This document shows, piece after piece, positions 47,724-55,829 of a stretch of 57,382 bases of DNA. The DNA comes from Candidatus Levyibacteriota bacterium (GTDB lineage: Bacteria; Patescibacteriota; Microgenomatia; Levybacterales; UBA12049). The notes under the pieces are model-generated. The model saw only the letters and a list, made by a program, of their open reading frames with translations. It was not told the DNA's origin and did no database searches. Position 1 is the first letter of the stretch, and each line of letters starts with the position of its first letter. The position numbers and the translations under genes were made by a program. Where the stretch lies: contig DAIDHL010000007.1 of assembly GCA_027459745.1 (NCBI GenBank), positions 1 through 57,382 on the forward strand, read 5' to 3'.

Positions 47724-48101
47724 ATGGGGAGAAAATACCTACAGTTAAATGATATATCATCATATAAACGAGCATTTATACTCTCAAACCTTGTTTGGAA
47801 AATTGTTCTAACTTGGGGAGTGTTTAAGAAAAAAACAGTTGGTAAACAATTTGTTAAGGCAGTAGACTCAGTCTTAGCAAATATTGCAGAAGGATTTGGA
47901 AGATTTAGTAAAAAGGATAAAATTAAGTTTTATTATTATAGTTTAGTTTCAGTAAAAGAAAGTCTTGATTGGAATGAGAAATCTAAACGAAGATCATTGT
48001 TAAATAGTGGTCAATATTTGCAGATTCTAGAAGAACTACAGGGGCTAGCAAAAGAGATCCATCAATTAATTAAATTCACAAACGAAAAGTTAACAATTTA
48101 G
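47724..48101 (+). CDS. Four-helix-bundle protein of the '23S rRNA intervening sequence protein' / Avd-like family
   Basis: Family signature VDSVLANIAEGFGRFSKKDKIKFYYYSLVSVKESLDW. 125 aa. Lies 40 nt downstream of the giant gene. Confidence 0.8.
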   Translation: MGRKYLQLNDISSYKRAFILSNLVWKIVLTWGVFKKKTVGKQFVKAVDSVLANIAEGFGRFSKKDKIKFYYYSLVSVKESLDWNEKSKRRSLLNSGQYLQILEELQGLAKEIHQLIKFTNEKLTI

Positions 48102-48123
48102 CAATCCCACAATTTAACACTTG

Positions 48124-50514
48124 TTATTTACTACTTTTTTCCTGTAGGTAGGATACCCAGAAGATGATGTTGAGCAACGATAGAATTAGGAAGGGAGCAG
48201 TGTTCAACCATCCAAATTGAAAGGCAAACAAAACTTCTGCAAGTAATGAGAAGAGCAGGAATGCTTCAAATAATGTACCAAAAGCTTCTTTACATAGAAA
48301 CATGAACAAATGAAGTTTGGTATGTTGGTGTTGGGGTTTTTTACTTAACGTAATGTTTAGAACCTGATTTTGAGCTTCATAGTGTTCTAGTTTTTCTTCT
48401 ATGGGTTCATAACCAGGCTTTAATATCCTTAGTGAAAGATTTTTAAAATCAGGAATCTGGGCATAACAGATCCCGAGAGCATTGGTTTTACTGGCAAAAA
48501 TGACGATATCTTCTGAGTTTATTAAATAAATTTCCGCATCGCTAACTGGTTTATTATCTTCGTCTTGCAAGATCAGTCGGTAAATCAGGCCTTTTTTGCC
48601 ATGACGGCGCAAGAAGTGCAGCAGTGTGCGAGGCGTCATATGAGTTTTGGCAAAAAAGGCCAGGAAGCTCAAACTTAAAGGAATAAGTATAATGCCCAAT
48701 AAGAAGTAATAGCTTTGTCGGGAACCAATTAAAAAGATTTCCGTGGACAAAGTATTTAAAAAGTCCGAGGTTGTTTCTTTTAAGAAGCGGAAGAAATAAC
48801 TGATATTCCAGTAATCCTGATGCAAACTTACCTGTGGGAACCGTTGTTGCGGATTGATGCCGATAGAAAAAATAATCGTTTTTTCTTCGTGGCCAAATGC
48901 GCTAATGATAAGTCTGTACTGACCAGCTGGGAAAGGGAAATAAACAGTTCCATCTGAGCGTGTAAATAATGGATTTTTAATTTGCGGATAAAGAGTTTGC
49001 AACGGCATATAATCATGTTTGGTGAAGTCATAGAATTCGATATAAACCCTGGCATCATCTAAAGGAGTGATATTGTCATTATCATACACATGCAGTGGTT
49101 GTAGAACATTTATTGATCCCACATTTTGTTGCGTGATGATGCCTGTGGAGGTCATAGATTTTATTGCCAAATCATATAAACCAGGGTTTAATGGCGAGGC
49201 CATGGATGCGACGTAAGAATTGGGTGACCTTTCATACATACGTGTCGTATATGTCGGTGCTAAAACCGTATTTCCACCGTTATTGATTTGTCCAACGGGC
49301 TGTATCCTGGCTTCCACCAGATTTAAATCTTTGGCATAAGAAAAAGCGAAAAAGATGGAGTAGGGATTATTGGTAGGTAAAATAAAAGTCTGGTTGTTAT
49401 CTGCTCCGGTCAGGTTAAAAATGTTTTTATTGATACTGATACCATCTGCGTTTAAAAGCAATGAGGAAAGACTAATAACAGGGATATTGGCAGTACTGGG
49501 TGTATGTACAGAAAAAGTATCGCGATTAATTATTTTACCATTTCTATCCAAAGCGGTGATTTCAATGTAGTAAGTCGTATTCGGCTGTAAAGGTTGGAGA
49601 GTGACAACGTCCTGTCCATGAGCTTGCATAGTTTGTGATTGAACTAAGTTGTTTAATTGAGTGCCATATTTCACGCTTAGTTTATCAGTTTGGGTAGTTT
49701 GAATAAGCAGTTGTGTTAAGGTAGGTTGTAGATTGGTAACGTCTACAGTCAAAATTCCTTTTCTGGACGGTACTGGTGTCGGCGTCGGCGTGATTATAGT
49801 AGGTGTGGGAGTAGCCGGTACAGGAGTAGCCGTGGGCTGGACTGAAGTTGGACCAGGTGCAGAAGTAGGAGTGGCAGTAGGTAATGGGGTTGGGGTTAAC
49901 GTTGGTGTACTAGTGGGAGTCGGCGTATAGGTAGGAGTGGGTGTGACATTAGCATTATATAGATAGGTGGTCGTTGTAGTAGCAGTAGGCATGGTTACAT
50001 AAGAATTAGTCAAATCGGCCGTAGTGTTAATAGGTACAGGATTGGAAGTAGTATAGTCAGAATTAGTTATCAATTGAAACTGGACTATTTGATTTACTAA
50101 TTGGGGGTCAAAATTAGCGATACTCCAGGTGATTGTACGATTGACAGGATCAATAACAGGCGTAGTACCATTCACAGCATTGGTAGCACTGCCTACCACA
50201 TAATCTGTGACGTGGGTCACACCTCCATCTGGACTATCATCACTATAATTGACCACAATATTGGTGTTGGTAACAAAGGCATTATTATTCTTTCCTCCAT
50301 AAGTAACTGTGTAGGTGATCAAAGTTCCTTGGGGAATAGTTTGGCCAGCTTGGTCAGAAGTTATAGAAATGGAATAATCGTTGGTAGTTGGAGGAATCTG
50401 TCCGTTTACAGTTATCTGATAAGAGGTTGCGAAACTTTTAAATTCGAAAATAAAAAACCCAAATATAATTAAGCAAGTGAGCAGAAAAATCTTGACCAAA
50501 CGTTTTTTATTCAC
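48124..50514 (-). CDS. Large multi-domain membrane protein (796 aa): DUF11-like repeat, Pro/Thr linker, FN3-like and CarboxypepD_reg-like beta-sandwiches, several TM helices
   Basis: Signal/TM at the N-terminus. ITYTVTYGG...NRTITWSIANF. (TP)n linker of ~55 aa. LQPNTTYYIEITALDRNGK. DARVYIEFYD...SDGTVYFPFPAGQYRLIISAFGHEE. Internal and C-terminal hydrophobic helices. GTG start. Confidence 0.7.
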   Translation of the reverse strand: MNKKRLVKIFLLTCLIIFGFFIFEFKSFATSYQITVNGQIPPTTNDYSISITSDQAGQTIPQGTLITYTVTYGGKNNNAFVTNTNIVVNYSDDSPDGGVTHVTDYVVGSATNAVNGTTPVIDPVNRTITWSIANFDPQLVNQIVQFQLITNSDYTTSNPVPINTTADLTNSYVTMPTATTTTTYLYNANVTPTPTYTPTPTSTPTLTPTPLPTATPTSAPGPTSVQPTATPVPATPTPTIITPTPTPVPSRKGILTVDVTNLQPTLTQLLIQTTQTDKLSVKYGTQLNNLVQSQTMQAHGQDVVTLQPLQPNTTYYIEITALDRNGKIINRDTFSVHTPSTANIPVISLSSLLLNADGISINKNIFNLTGADNNQTFILPTNNPYSIFFAFSYAKDLNLVEARIQPVGQINNGGNTVLAPTYTTRMYERSPNSYVASMASPLNPGLYDLAIKSMTSTGIITQQNVGSINVLQPLHVYDNDNITPLDDARVYIEFYDFTKHDYMPLQTLYPQIKNPLFTRSDGTVYFPFPAGQYRLIISAFGHEEKTIIFSIGINPQQRFPQVSLHQDYWNISYFFRFLKETTSDFLNTLSTEIFLIGSRQSYYFLLGIILIPLSLSFLAFFAKTHMTPRTLLHFLRRHGKKGLIYRLILQDEDNKPVSDAEIYLINSEDIVIFASKTNALGICYAQIPDFKNLSLRILKPGYEPIEEKLEHYEAQNQVLNITLSKKPQHQHTKLHLFMFLCKEAFGTLFEAFLLFSLLAEVLFAFQFGWLNTAPFLILSLLNIIFWVSYLQEKSSK

Positions 50515-50595
50515 ATTTTTAGCATACTAGTTTCATTCGCTATCCACAAGGGAAGAGGTTATGTTTAATATATAAAATTATGCAATAATAGCAGT

Positions 50596-51183
50596 ATGAA
50601 AAAAATTATAATTGGGTTTTTTGTCAGCTTAGTTTTATTTATTTTGATTATTGCTGGTTATATCTATTGGCAGCTTACAAGGAAGGACATTCCTAGTGTA
50701 TTATCTGAGCGGGAAAAACAGCAGGCGATAACTAAAATTGTAGGACACAGTCCAGTGTACTCGCCTAAAGAAGTTACTGGTATTACATACAAAGGTCATT
50801 CTGTCAGTTTTGTTTATCCCAGTAATGCTACTCTTCGTGCAAAAACTATGCCTAATCCTTTAGATGATTCTATTTTGTGGCATAGCATCACACCTTATCT
50901 ATTCGTGACAGTGGCTACTTATCCGGTTAATAGCCTAAATCAGTTGATTTATGATCCCAATGTCAATCTGCGTTTGAAAGATTCATCTTACGTGCAAAAA
51001 AACATTACTTGGCAAGGCACAACGGGTTTGGAATTTACTAAATCAAGTGGCGGTTTGGAGCAATGTACCTTTTTCTTGATCAATAGACGTGTATATTCCT
51101 TCGTAGTGACAGGAGATGCAGCGGATGATGTTACTAATGCAATGTATAACCTACTTACTTCCGCAAGAATCGTGAGTAAATAA
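50596..51183 (+). CDS. Membrane-anchored hypothetical protein (195 aa)
   Basis: N-terminal TM segment (IIIGFFVSLVLFILIIAGYIYW) followed by a beta-rich domain. Converges on and overlaps the 3' end of the next gene by 29 nt. Confidence 0.55.
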   Translation: MKKIIIGFFVSLVLFILIIAGYIYWQLTRKDIPSVLSEREKQQAITKIVGHSPVYSPKEVTGITYKGHSVSFVYPSNATLRAKTMPNPLDDSILWHSITPYLFVTVATYPVNSLNQLIYDPNVNLRLKDSSYVQKNITWQGTTGLEFTKSSGGLEQCTFFLINRRVYSFVVTGDAADDVTNAMYNLLTSARIVSK

Positions 51184-52096
51184 TCCTAATTAGAATTACT
51201 AGAATAATAATGGCCAATATGCAGGTACCTGCATAAAGTGGATAATTTGCTAAATACAGAAAGGTTATAGATTGAATAATTTTCTGGTTAGTTTTGCCGT
51301 AATGTAAAGACAATTGCGCAGTATACACACCTGGCCAAAGTTTTGTTGTATTGGGGTTTAGGTTAATTTGATAATCGCGCGAAGATTGAGGCAGCGTCAA
51401 TAGAGAATCCTGGTTGATAATATTTTTAACTATTTGGTGATGAAACATATCATTGACCTGCAAAAGTCCATAAGGTGTCACGTCCACGTTACCCGTATTT
51501 ACCAGCTGAAAACGGGCAGTGGTAGGGAAATCAGACCAGGTATTATTAAGATTCAAAAATGCTAAATTAGCTTTCTCTATTTCTTTACCTGTATTAGTGC
51601 GGACAAAAATGAGACTGATTAAGGAGCCCTTAATGGCAATACCCTGGGTACTTGTATTGGCTTCAATATTACCCATAACTGCGCCATAATGACCGCCTGG
51701 GGTTAGTTGATTTTTATTAATTAAAACAAAGACTTTTGTCGAGGAATGAGGCTGAATAGTAATGATGTTACGACTAAAAGACATCCAGTTAGACAGTTCA
51801 AATGGTTTGGTTGATTGTGCAGCATTATTTAAGTAATTGATTTTATATCCTTCTTCCAGAGAAGTAAGGTTATTGGCCGCTAAGTCAATTGTAACGACAC
51901 TGGAAGTCTCATTGGTGTAAGTCAGCAAAGCTTCTGGCAAGTCATTGGCCAAGTCTAGTTGGACGATAGAAGGGCTGACAGTGATAGCATTTTGTGGTGC
52001 TGTTTGAGCATAGATTGGAGAAGGAAAAAAGACTAAGGATAAAATTGAAAGGGCAAGTATAGAACAAAGCTTTTGCCATACGTGATGGAAATTCAT
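51155..52096 (-). CDS. Signal-peptide protein with DUF916/DUF3324-like architecture and a C-terminal TM anchor; paralog of the 9658..10629 product
   Basis: ITVSPSIVQLDLAND...LLTYTNETSSVVTIDLAANN. LTPGGHYGAVMGNIE. QLVNTGNVDVTPYGLLQV. Anchor LYAGTCILAIIILVILIRII. Start set at ATG 52096; the track start at 52123 is TTG. Confidence 0.6.
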   Translation of the reverse strand: MNFHHVWQKLCSILALSILSLVFFPSPIYAQTAPQNAITVSPSIVQLDLANDLPEALLTYTNETSSVVTIDLAANNLTSLEEGYKINYLNNAAQSTKPFELSNWMSFSRNIITIQPHSSTKVFVLINKNQLTPGGHYGAVMGNIEANTSTQGIAIKGSLISLIFVRTNTGKEIEKANLAFLNLNNTWSDFPTTARFQLVNTGNVDVTPYGLLQVNDMFHHQIVKNIINQDSLLTLPQSSRDYQINLNPNTTKLWPGVYTAQLSLHYGKTNQKIIQSITFLYLANYPLYAGTCILAIIILVILIRIIYSRFLRK

Positions 52097-52157
52097 AGAT
52101 ATATCGATTATAAACAACGACAACGCTTTTGATAATAGCAGCTATCTGTTAAAGATT

Positions 52158-53288
52158 CTATTTTTTAGCAAATATGCGGCGAACACTCAAAATAAGAGAG
52201 CGTATAGAAAAAGTAAGTCCCAGCAAAATTAACAGAGCTATAATAACTACTCCAGCAATTATTTTCCAAGGGAAAATAAAGAAAGTGGTTGTAAGTTGAT
52301 ATGGAACGTCACGTTGATCGGTTTGAACTACCAAGATTGCCGTGGCTGTATATTGCCCTATACGCATATCTAGCAATTTATTAAAATGAATGACGGGAGT
52401 TTTTTCAATTATGCCACTTGAATTGTATACTGGTTGTCCATTTTGCATCTTAGTTTCGTAAGTAATAAATGAATCATCCCAATCTACTGTATATGTTCGA
52501 GTTCCGCCCGGAAGTGTTGCCCCACCGCTTGGATTTATATTTAGCGTGGCTACGCTTTTACCTTGCCAATCTTTGATAAAAATATTACCAATTGGGCGTA
52601 GATGTACATTGCCTTCATTCTTAAAATCCATTCTAAAGGTTACTGGAGGATATTCATAAAAGCCTTGATCAGTATCAAAGCGTGTGAAAGAAGCAGTATA
52701 ATTAACGCCTCCTTTTTGAGCTACAAGAAGAATAGGCACAGCTACAGAGCCTACTAAACTTGCTCCAGTTTGATGTAAACCTGGAGGTTCGGTAGAAAAG
52801 ACTATGGCCCAATAATACCCGTATGCTGCATCTTTGGGAATTGTTATTTGGAAAGGTACTGTAGTCCACTGTTGAGGAGGGGTTACAACTTGATAGGAAT
52901 TAAATTTGAGCCAATGAGCAGAATCATCTCCAGGAGGGAAGTTACTTAGGTGAATATTGCCGGTGGTATCATTGGGGTCAATACGTTTAATTTGTATTTT
53001 CAAAATATTAGAACTGGTAGAATTGTTGAAAAGTTTTACTTCTTCATTAAGCGTACTTCCAGGACTAGTAGTAAAGTCAAAAACCGTTGGTCGTACTTGA
53101 TAGTTAAAAGCAGAAGGTGTAATGGGAACGATAGTAGGGGTAGGGGGTAAGGTGGGCGAAGCTTTAAAAGTCTTGCTTGAAGTTAAAGTCGGGTTAGTAG
53201 TGATTGCAAATACTTGAGTGAGAGGTAAAAAAAAGAAAATAGATAAGCAAGGCAAAACCATGCTAGATATATAGATCAGCTTTTTCAT
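52158..53288 (-). CDS. DUF916/DUF3324-like cell-surface protein with a C-terminal TM anchor (376 aa)
   Basis: Signal peptide. YQVRPTVFDFTTSPGSTLNEEVKLFNNSTSSNILKIQIK. ITIPKDAAYGYYWAIVFS. Second half DFKNEGNVHLRPIGNIFIKDWQGKSVATLNINPSGGATLPGGTRTYTV. Anchor IIAGVVIIALLILLGLTF plus a basic tail. Confidence 0.6.
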   Translation of the reverse strand: MKKLIYISSMVLPCLSIFFFLPLTQVFAITTNPTLTSSKTFKASPTLPPTPTIVPITPSAFNYQVRPTVFDFTTSPGSTLNEEVKLFNNSTSSNILKIQIKRIDPNDTTGNIHLSNFPPGDDSAHWLKFNSYQVVTPPQQWTTVPFQITIPKDAAYGYYWAIVFSTEPPGLHQTGASLVGSVAVPILLVAQKGGVNYTASFTRFDTDQGFYEYPPVTFRMDFKNEGNVHLRPIGNIFIKDWQGKSVATLNINPSGGATLPGGTRTYTVDWDDSFITYETKMQNGQPVYNSSGIIEKTPVIHFNKLLDMRIGQYTATAILVVQTDQRDVPYQLTTTFFIFPWKIIAGVVIIALLILLGLTFSIRSLILSVRRIFAKK

Positions 53289-53314
53289 AACTCAGGTGTA
53301 TTGTAACAAAAAAA

Positions 53315-54457
53315 TTAGAAATTACCAGCGGCTACTACATTAAGAGTATCAGTGTAGTCAGTAGCGGCAGGAGTATTAACTAGAGCACCAGCCATGACAT
53401 AGAGTAGGAAAGTATCACTGCTTGCAGGAGCCAAATCAGCTGCCAAGGGGACTAGGCTGGTACTAAATGTTCCGGCATAATATGCTCCAGATGCTTCAGA
53501 ATGAGTATAACCACTATCTACCGTAGTACCACCGGTACCGGTTGCATAACCACCATAACAGGTAGAAGCAGACTGGTTGGAACAAGCAAAGAAATTAGAA
53601 CCCTGGTTGTATGCTTGACCAGTACCACCAGCCCCATTGTAGATAGTACCACCAGAAGAAGCAGAGCCTAAGTGAGCAGCAGTAGATGAAAGGCTTTGAA
53701 TCCAGGCAGTCCAGCCATTAGCAGCGTTAGTACTAACAGTACCTGTGATAGCTGTTCCAATGGTAGGATTAGTGGATCCAGTTAAAACATTAATAGTGCC
53801 AAGAGCGACTGTATTCCCAGAGAGGCTAAAGGAGAACTGAGGTCCAACAGTAGCAGTGACAGCGATGTTACCAGGGCTAGCGATAACGGCTGTAGCATAG
53901 CCAACTGTTGAACCAGAAGGGGAGGTGGCGATACTACCACCAGTATAGTTATTAGCCGCAGCGGGTAAGGTGATACCAGCGCCACTGTCTGAGAAGTAAA
54001 AACAATTCTCTTTACTGGCAGTCATTCCACCAGTGTATGTGAAGACTAAAGTGGAAGATGTAGCAGAACTTGCATGGGCACCTGTAATAGTGACTCCAGT
54101 TGTAGAGACGCCAAAGATAGTGGAGGGCAGGTTAGTAATAGAGGTAGTCCAGTTGGCGGCAGTAGTATCTCCATTGACAAAAGCATTTGGTGTAGTAGGA
54201 AGAGTTAAGGTCAAAGTTGTACTACTGGATTCAGTTCCATTTGGCTCATAACAAACCAAGCCTGTTTTTACAGCGGCTCCGGTAGTCATGACATCAAATC
54301 TGACGAAGGCATTTGGGACTTGAGTGGTAGCGTGTACCTGGATATTGACACTTACTAATAAGAAAATGACTACAGCAATAACTGCTAAATAACGTAAAGT
54401 TAACTTAACTTTGGCAGCATTTAAATTTTTAGACGATAGGAGCAGGTTTTTTTTCAT
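53315..54457 (-). CDS. Secreted Gly/Thr/Ser/Ala-rich beta-sandwich protein (WxL / pilin-like C-terminal strand)
   Basis: Signal/anchor segment. QFSFSLSGNTVALGTINV...STNAANGWTAWIQS. C-terminal AATDYTDTLNVVAAGNF. Paralogous to the C-terminal half of the 349-aa protein. Confidence 0.6.
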   Translation of the reverse strand: MKKNLLLSSKNLNAAKVKLTLRYLAVIAVVIFLLVSVNIQVHATTQVPNAFVRFDVMTTGAAVKTGLVCYEPNGTESSSTTLTLTLPTTPNAFVNGDTTAANWTTSITNLPSTIFGVSTTGVTITGAHASSATSSTLVFTYTGGMTASKENCFYFSDSGAGITLPAAANNYTGGSIATSPSGSTVGYATAVIASPGNIAVTATVGPQFSFSLSGNTVALGTINVLTGSTNPTIGTAITGTVSTNAANGWTAWIQSLSSTAAHLGSASSGGTIYNGAGGTGQAYNQGSNFFACSNQSASTCYGGYATGTGGTTVDSGYTHSEASGAYYAGTFSTSLVPLAADLAPASSDTFLLYVMAGALVNTPAATDYTDTLNVVAAGNF

Positions 54458-54674
54458 ATACTAAGCCATTAGATCCATTAATACATAATTAAATTAGCTT
54501 GTCAAGCTTATATTGCATGAGGTTAATCTAATAAAATCTATGTACATCTATATCTTTATGTATCCTTGGAGAATTTTTTAACATGATACATGTGATATAA
54601 GACTGATAATTCATCAGGCATAGATCCAGCTAAAAAACAAACTAGTTAGTATATTAGAATATATATTAATATAT

Positions 54675-55724
54675 CTAAAAAGTTGCTGAGGCAATTACAA
54701 ATAAGATATCCGTATAATCTGAAGCAGAGGGAGTTGTATTACTAGCTTTTGCTTTCATTACAAAAGTTCCCTGACCGCTGGTAACAGGTTGACCGCTTGA
54801 ATCAAAAATGGCAGTAGGAATTTGAGTTAGAGTGCCGACATTGTTAGATGAGCCGTTAAAAGGTGAATCAATTTCCATAGGGCCTCCCGAGGTTTGGGTG
54901 ACAGATGATCCCTGGATTCCACATGCCTCAGTGGCGGTAGATAGATTGCCTGTAATAGCACTTATTGTATGAGAAGTTGACGCACTGTAGAGGCCTGAAC
55001 TTGTATCCGAAATCCACACAAGTCCGCCATTGTTGGCATTGGTACTGATAGTACTGGTGATGCTGGGAGAACTTACTACACTACCGGGATTTAGATTGCC
55101 CATGTTAACACTATAAACAGAGAGCGAAAAAGAAAACTGTACATTACTCGTTGCCACACTGGCTGTCGGGCCAAAACCTGTTTGAGTAAAATTACCTTGT
55201 CTGGCTGCCACTTTTACGGTATAAGTAGTTGCGGGTGTCAAACCAATTATGGTTATACCACTTCCACCACCCCAGGCTGAGTATGTTTGCCAGACAGGAG
55301 TTGTATTTATAGTATTATCGGCCTGTACGTATTTAGTTGTGCTGACAAATCCGTCGGGAGAAATGGCAATTAAAAATTGTGAATCGGAAGGGTTATTTGC
55401 GTTGTTCAGTACCAAATTTAGTTTGTTATACCAATTAGAGGGATTGGTAAAAGTAGGTGCCGGAGGAACATATGCTTGTTGTACATATATGATGCCTCCA
55501 TTAGCTTGATAGTTGGTAGAAGATAGTCCTCCTTGTTCTACTTGACCGAGTGTTCCATTGATCTTATAGTTAGTTGAGCTAGAGTTGGCTGTGCCTCCTC
55601 CTCCGAACGTGTAATCGCGAATCGAATAATTACTAGATGATGGAAAAGATGCAAAGACTATATCAAAATAAACACTATATCCAAATATAACAAATGCTAA
55701 CAAAATGATAAATAATCTCTGCAT
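54675..55724 (-). CDS. Secreted protein with an FN3-like segment and the same C-terminal beta-sandwich (SDYTDILFVIASATF)
   Basis: Signal peptide. GLTPATTYTVKVAARQG (FN3-like). VQFSFSLSVYSVNMGNLNPG...STNANNGGLVWISD. Terminal strand similar to that of the 380-aa protein. Confidence 0.6.
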   Translation of the reverse strand: MQRLFIILLAFVIFGYSVYFDIVFASFPSSSNYSIRDYTFGGGGTANSSSTNYKINGTLGQVEQGGLSSTNYQANGGIIYVQQAYVPPAPTFTNPSNWYNKLNLVLNNANNPSDSQFLIAISPDGFVSTTKYVQADNTINTTPVWQTYSAWGGGSGITIIGLTPATTYTVKVAARQGNFTQTGFGPTASVATSNVQFSFSLSVYSVNMGNLNPGSVVSSPSITSTISTNANNGGLVWISDTSSGLYSASTSHTISAITGNLSTATEACGIQGSSVTQTSGGPMEIDSPFNGSSNNVGTLTQIPTAIFDSSGQPVTSGQGTFVMKAKASNTTPSASDYTDILFVIASATF

Positions 55725-55829
55725 AAATTTATGCTAGCATATTTCTTGTATAATTTCACCCCCCATTTTACTTGACGTCAGCCATATTTTTACTTCATAA
55801 TTTTAAGAGGTTTTTATTAAGATTCTGCC

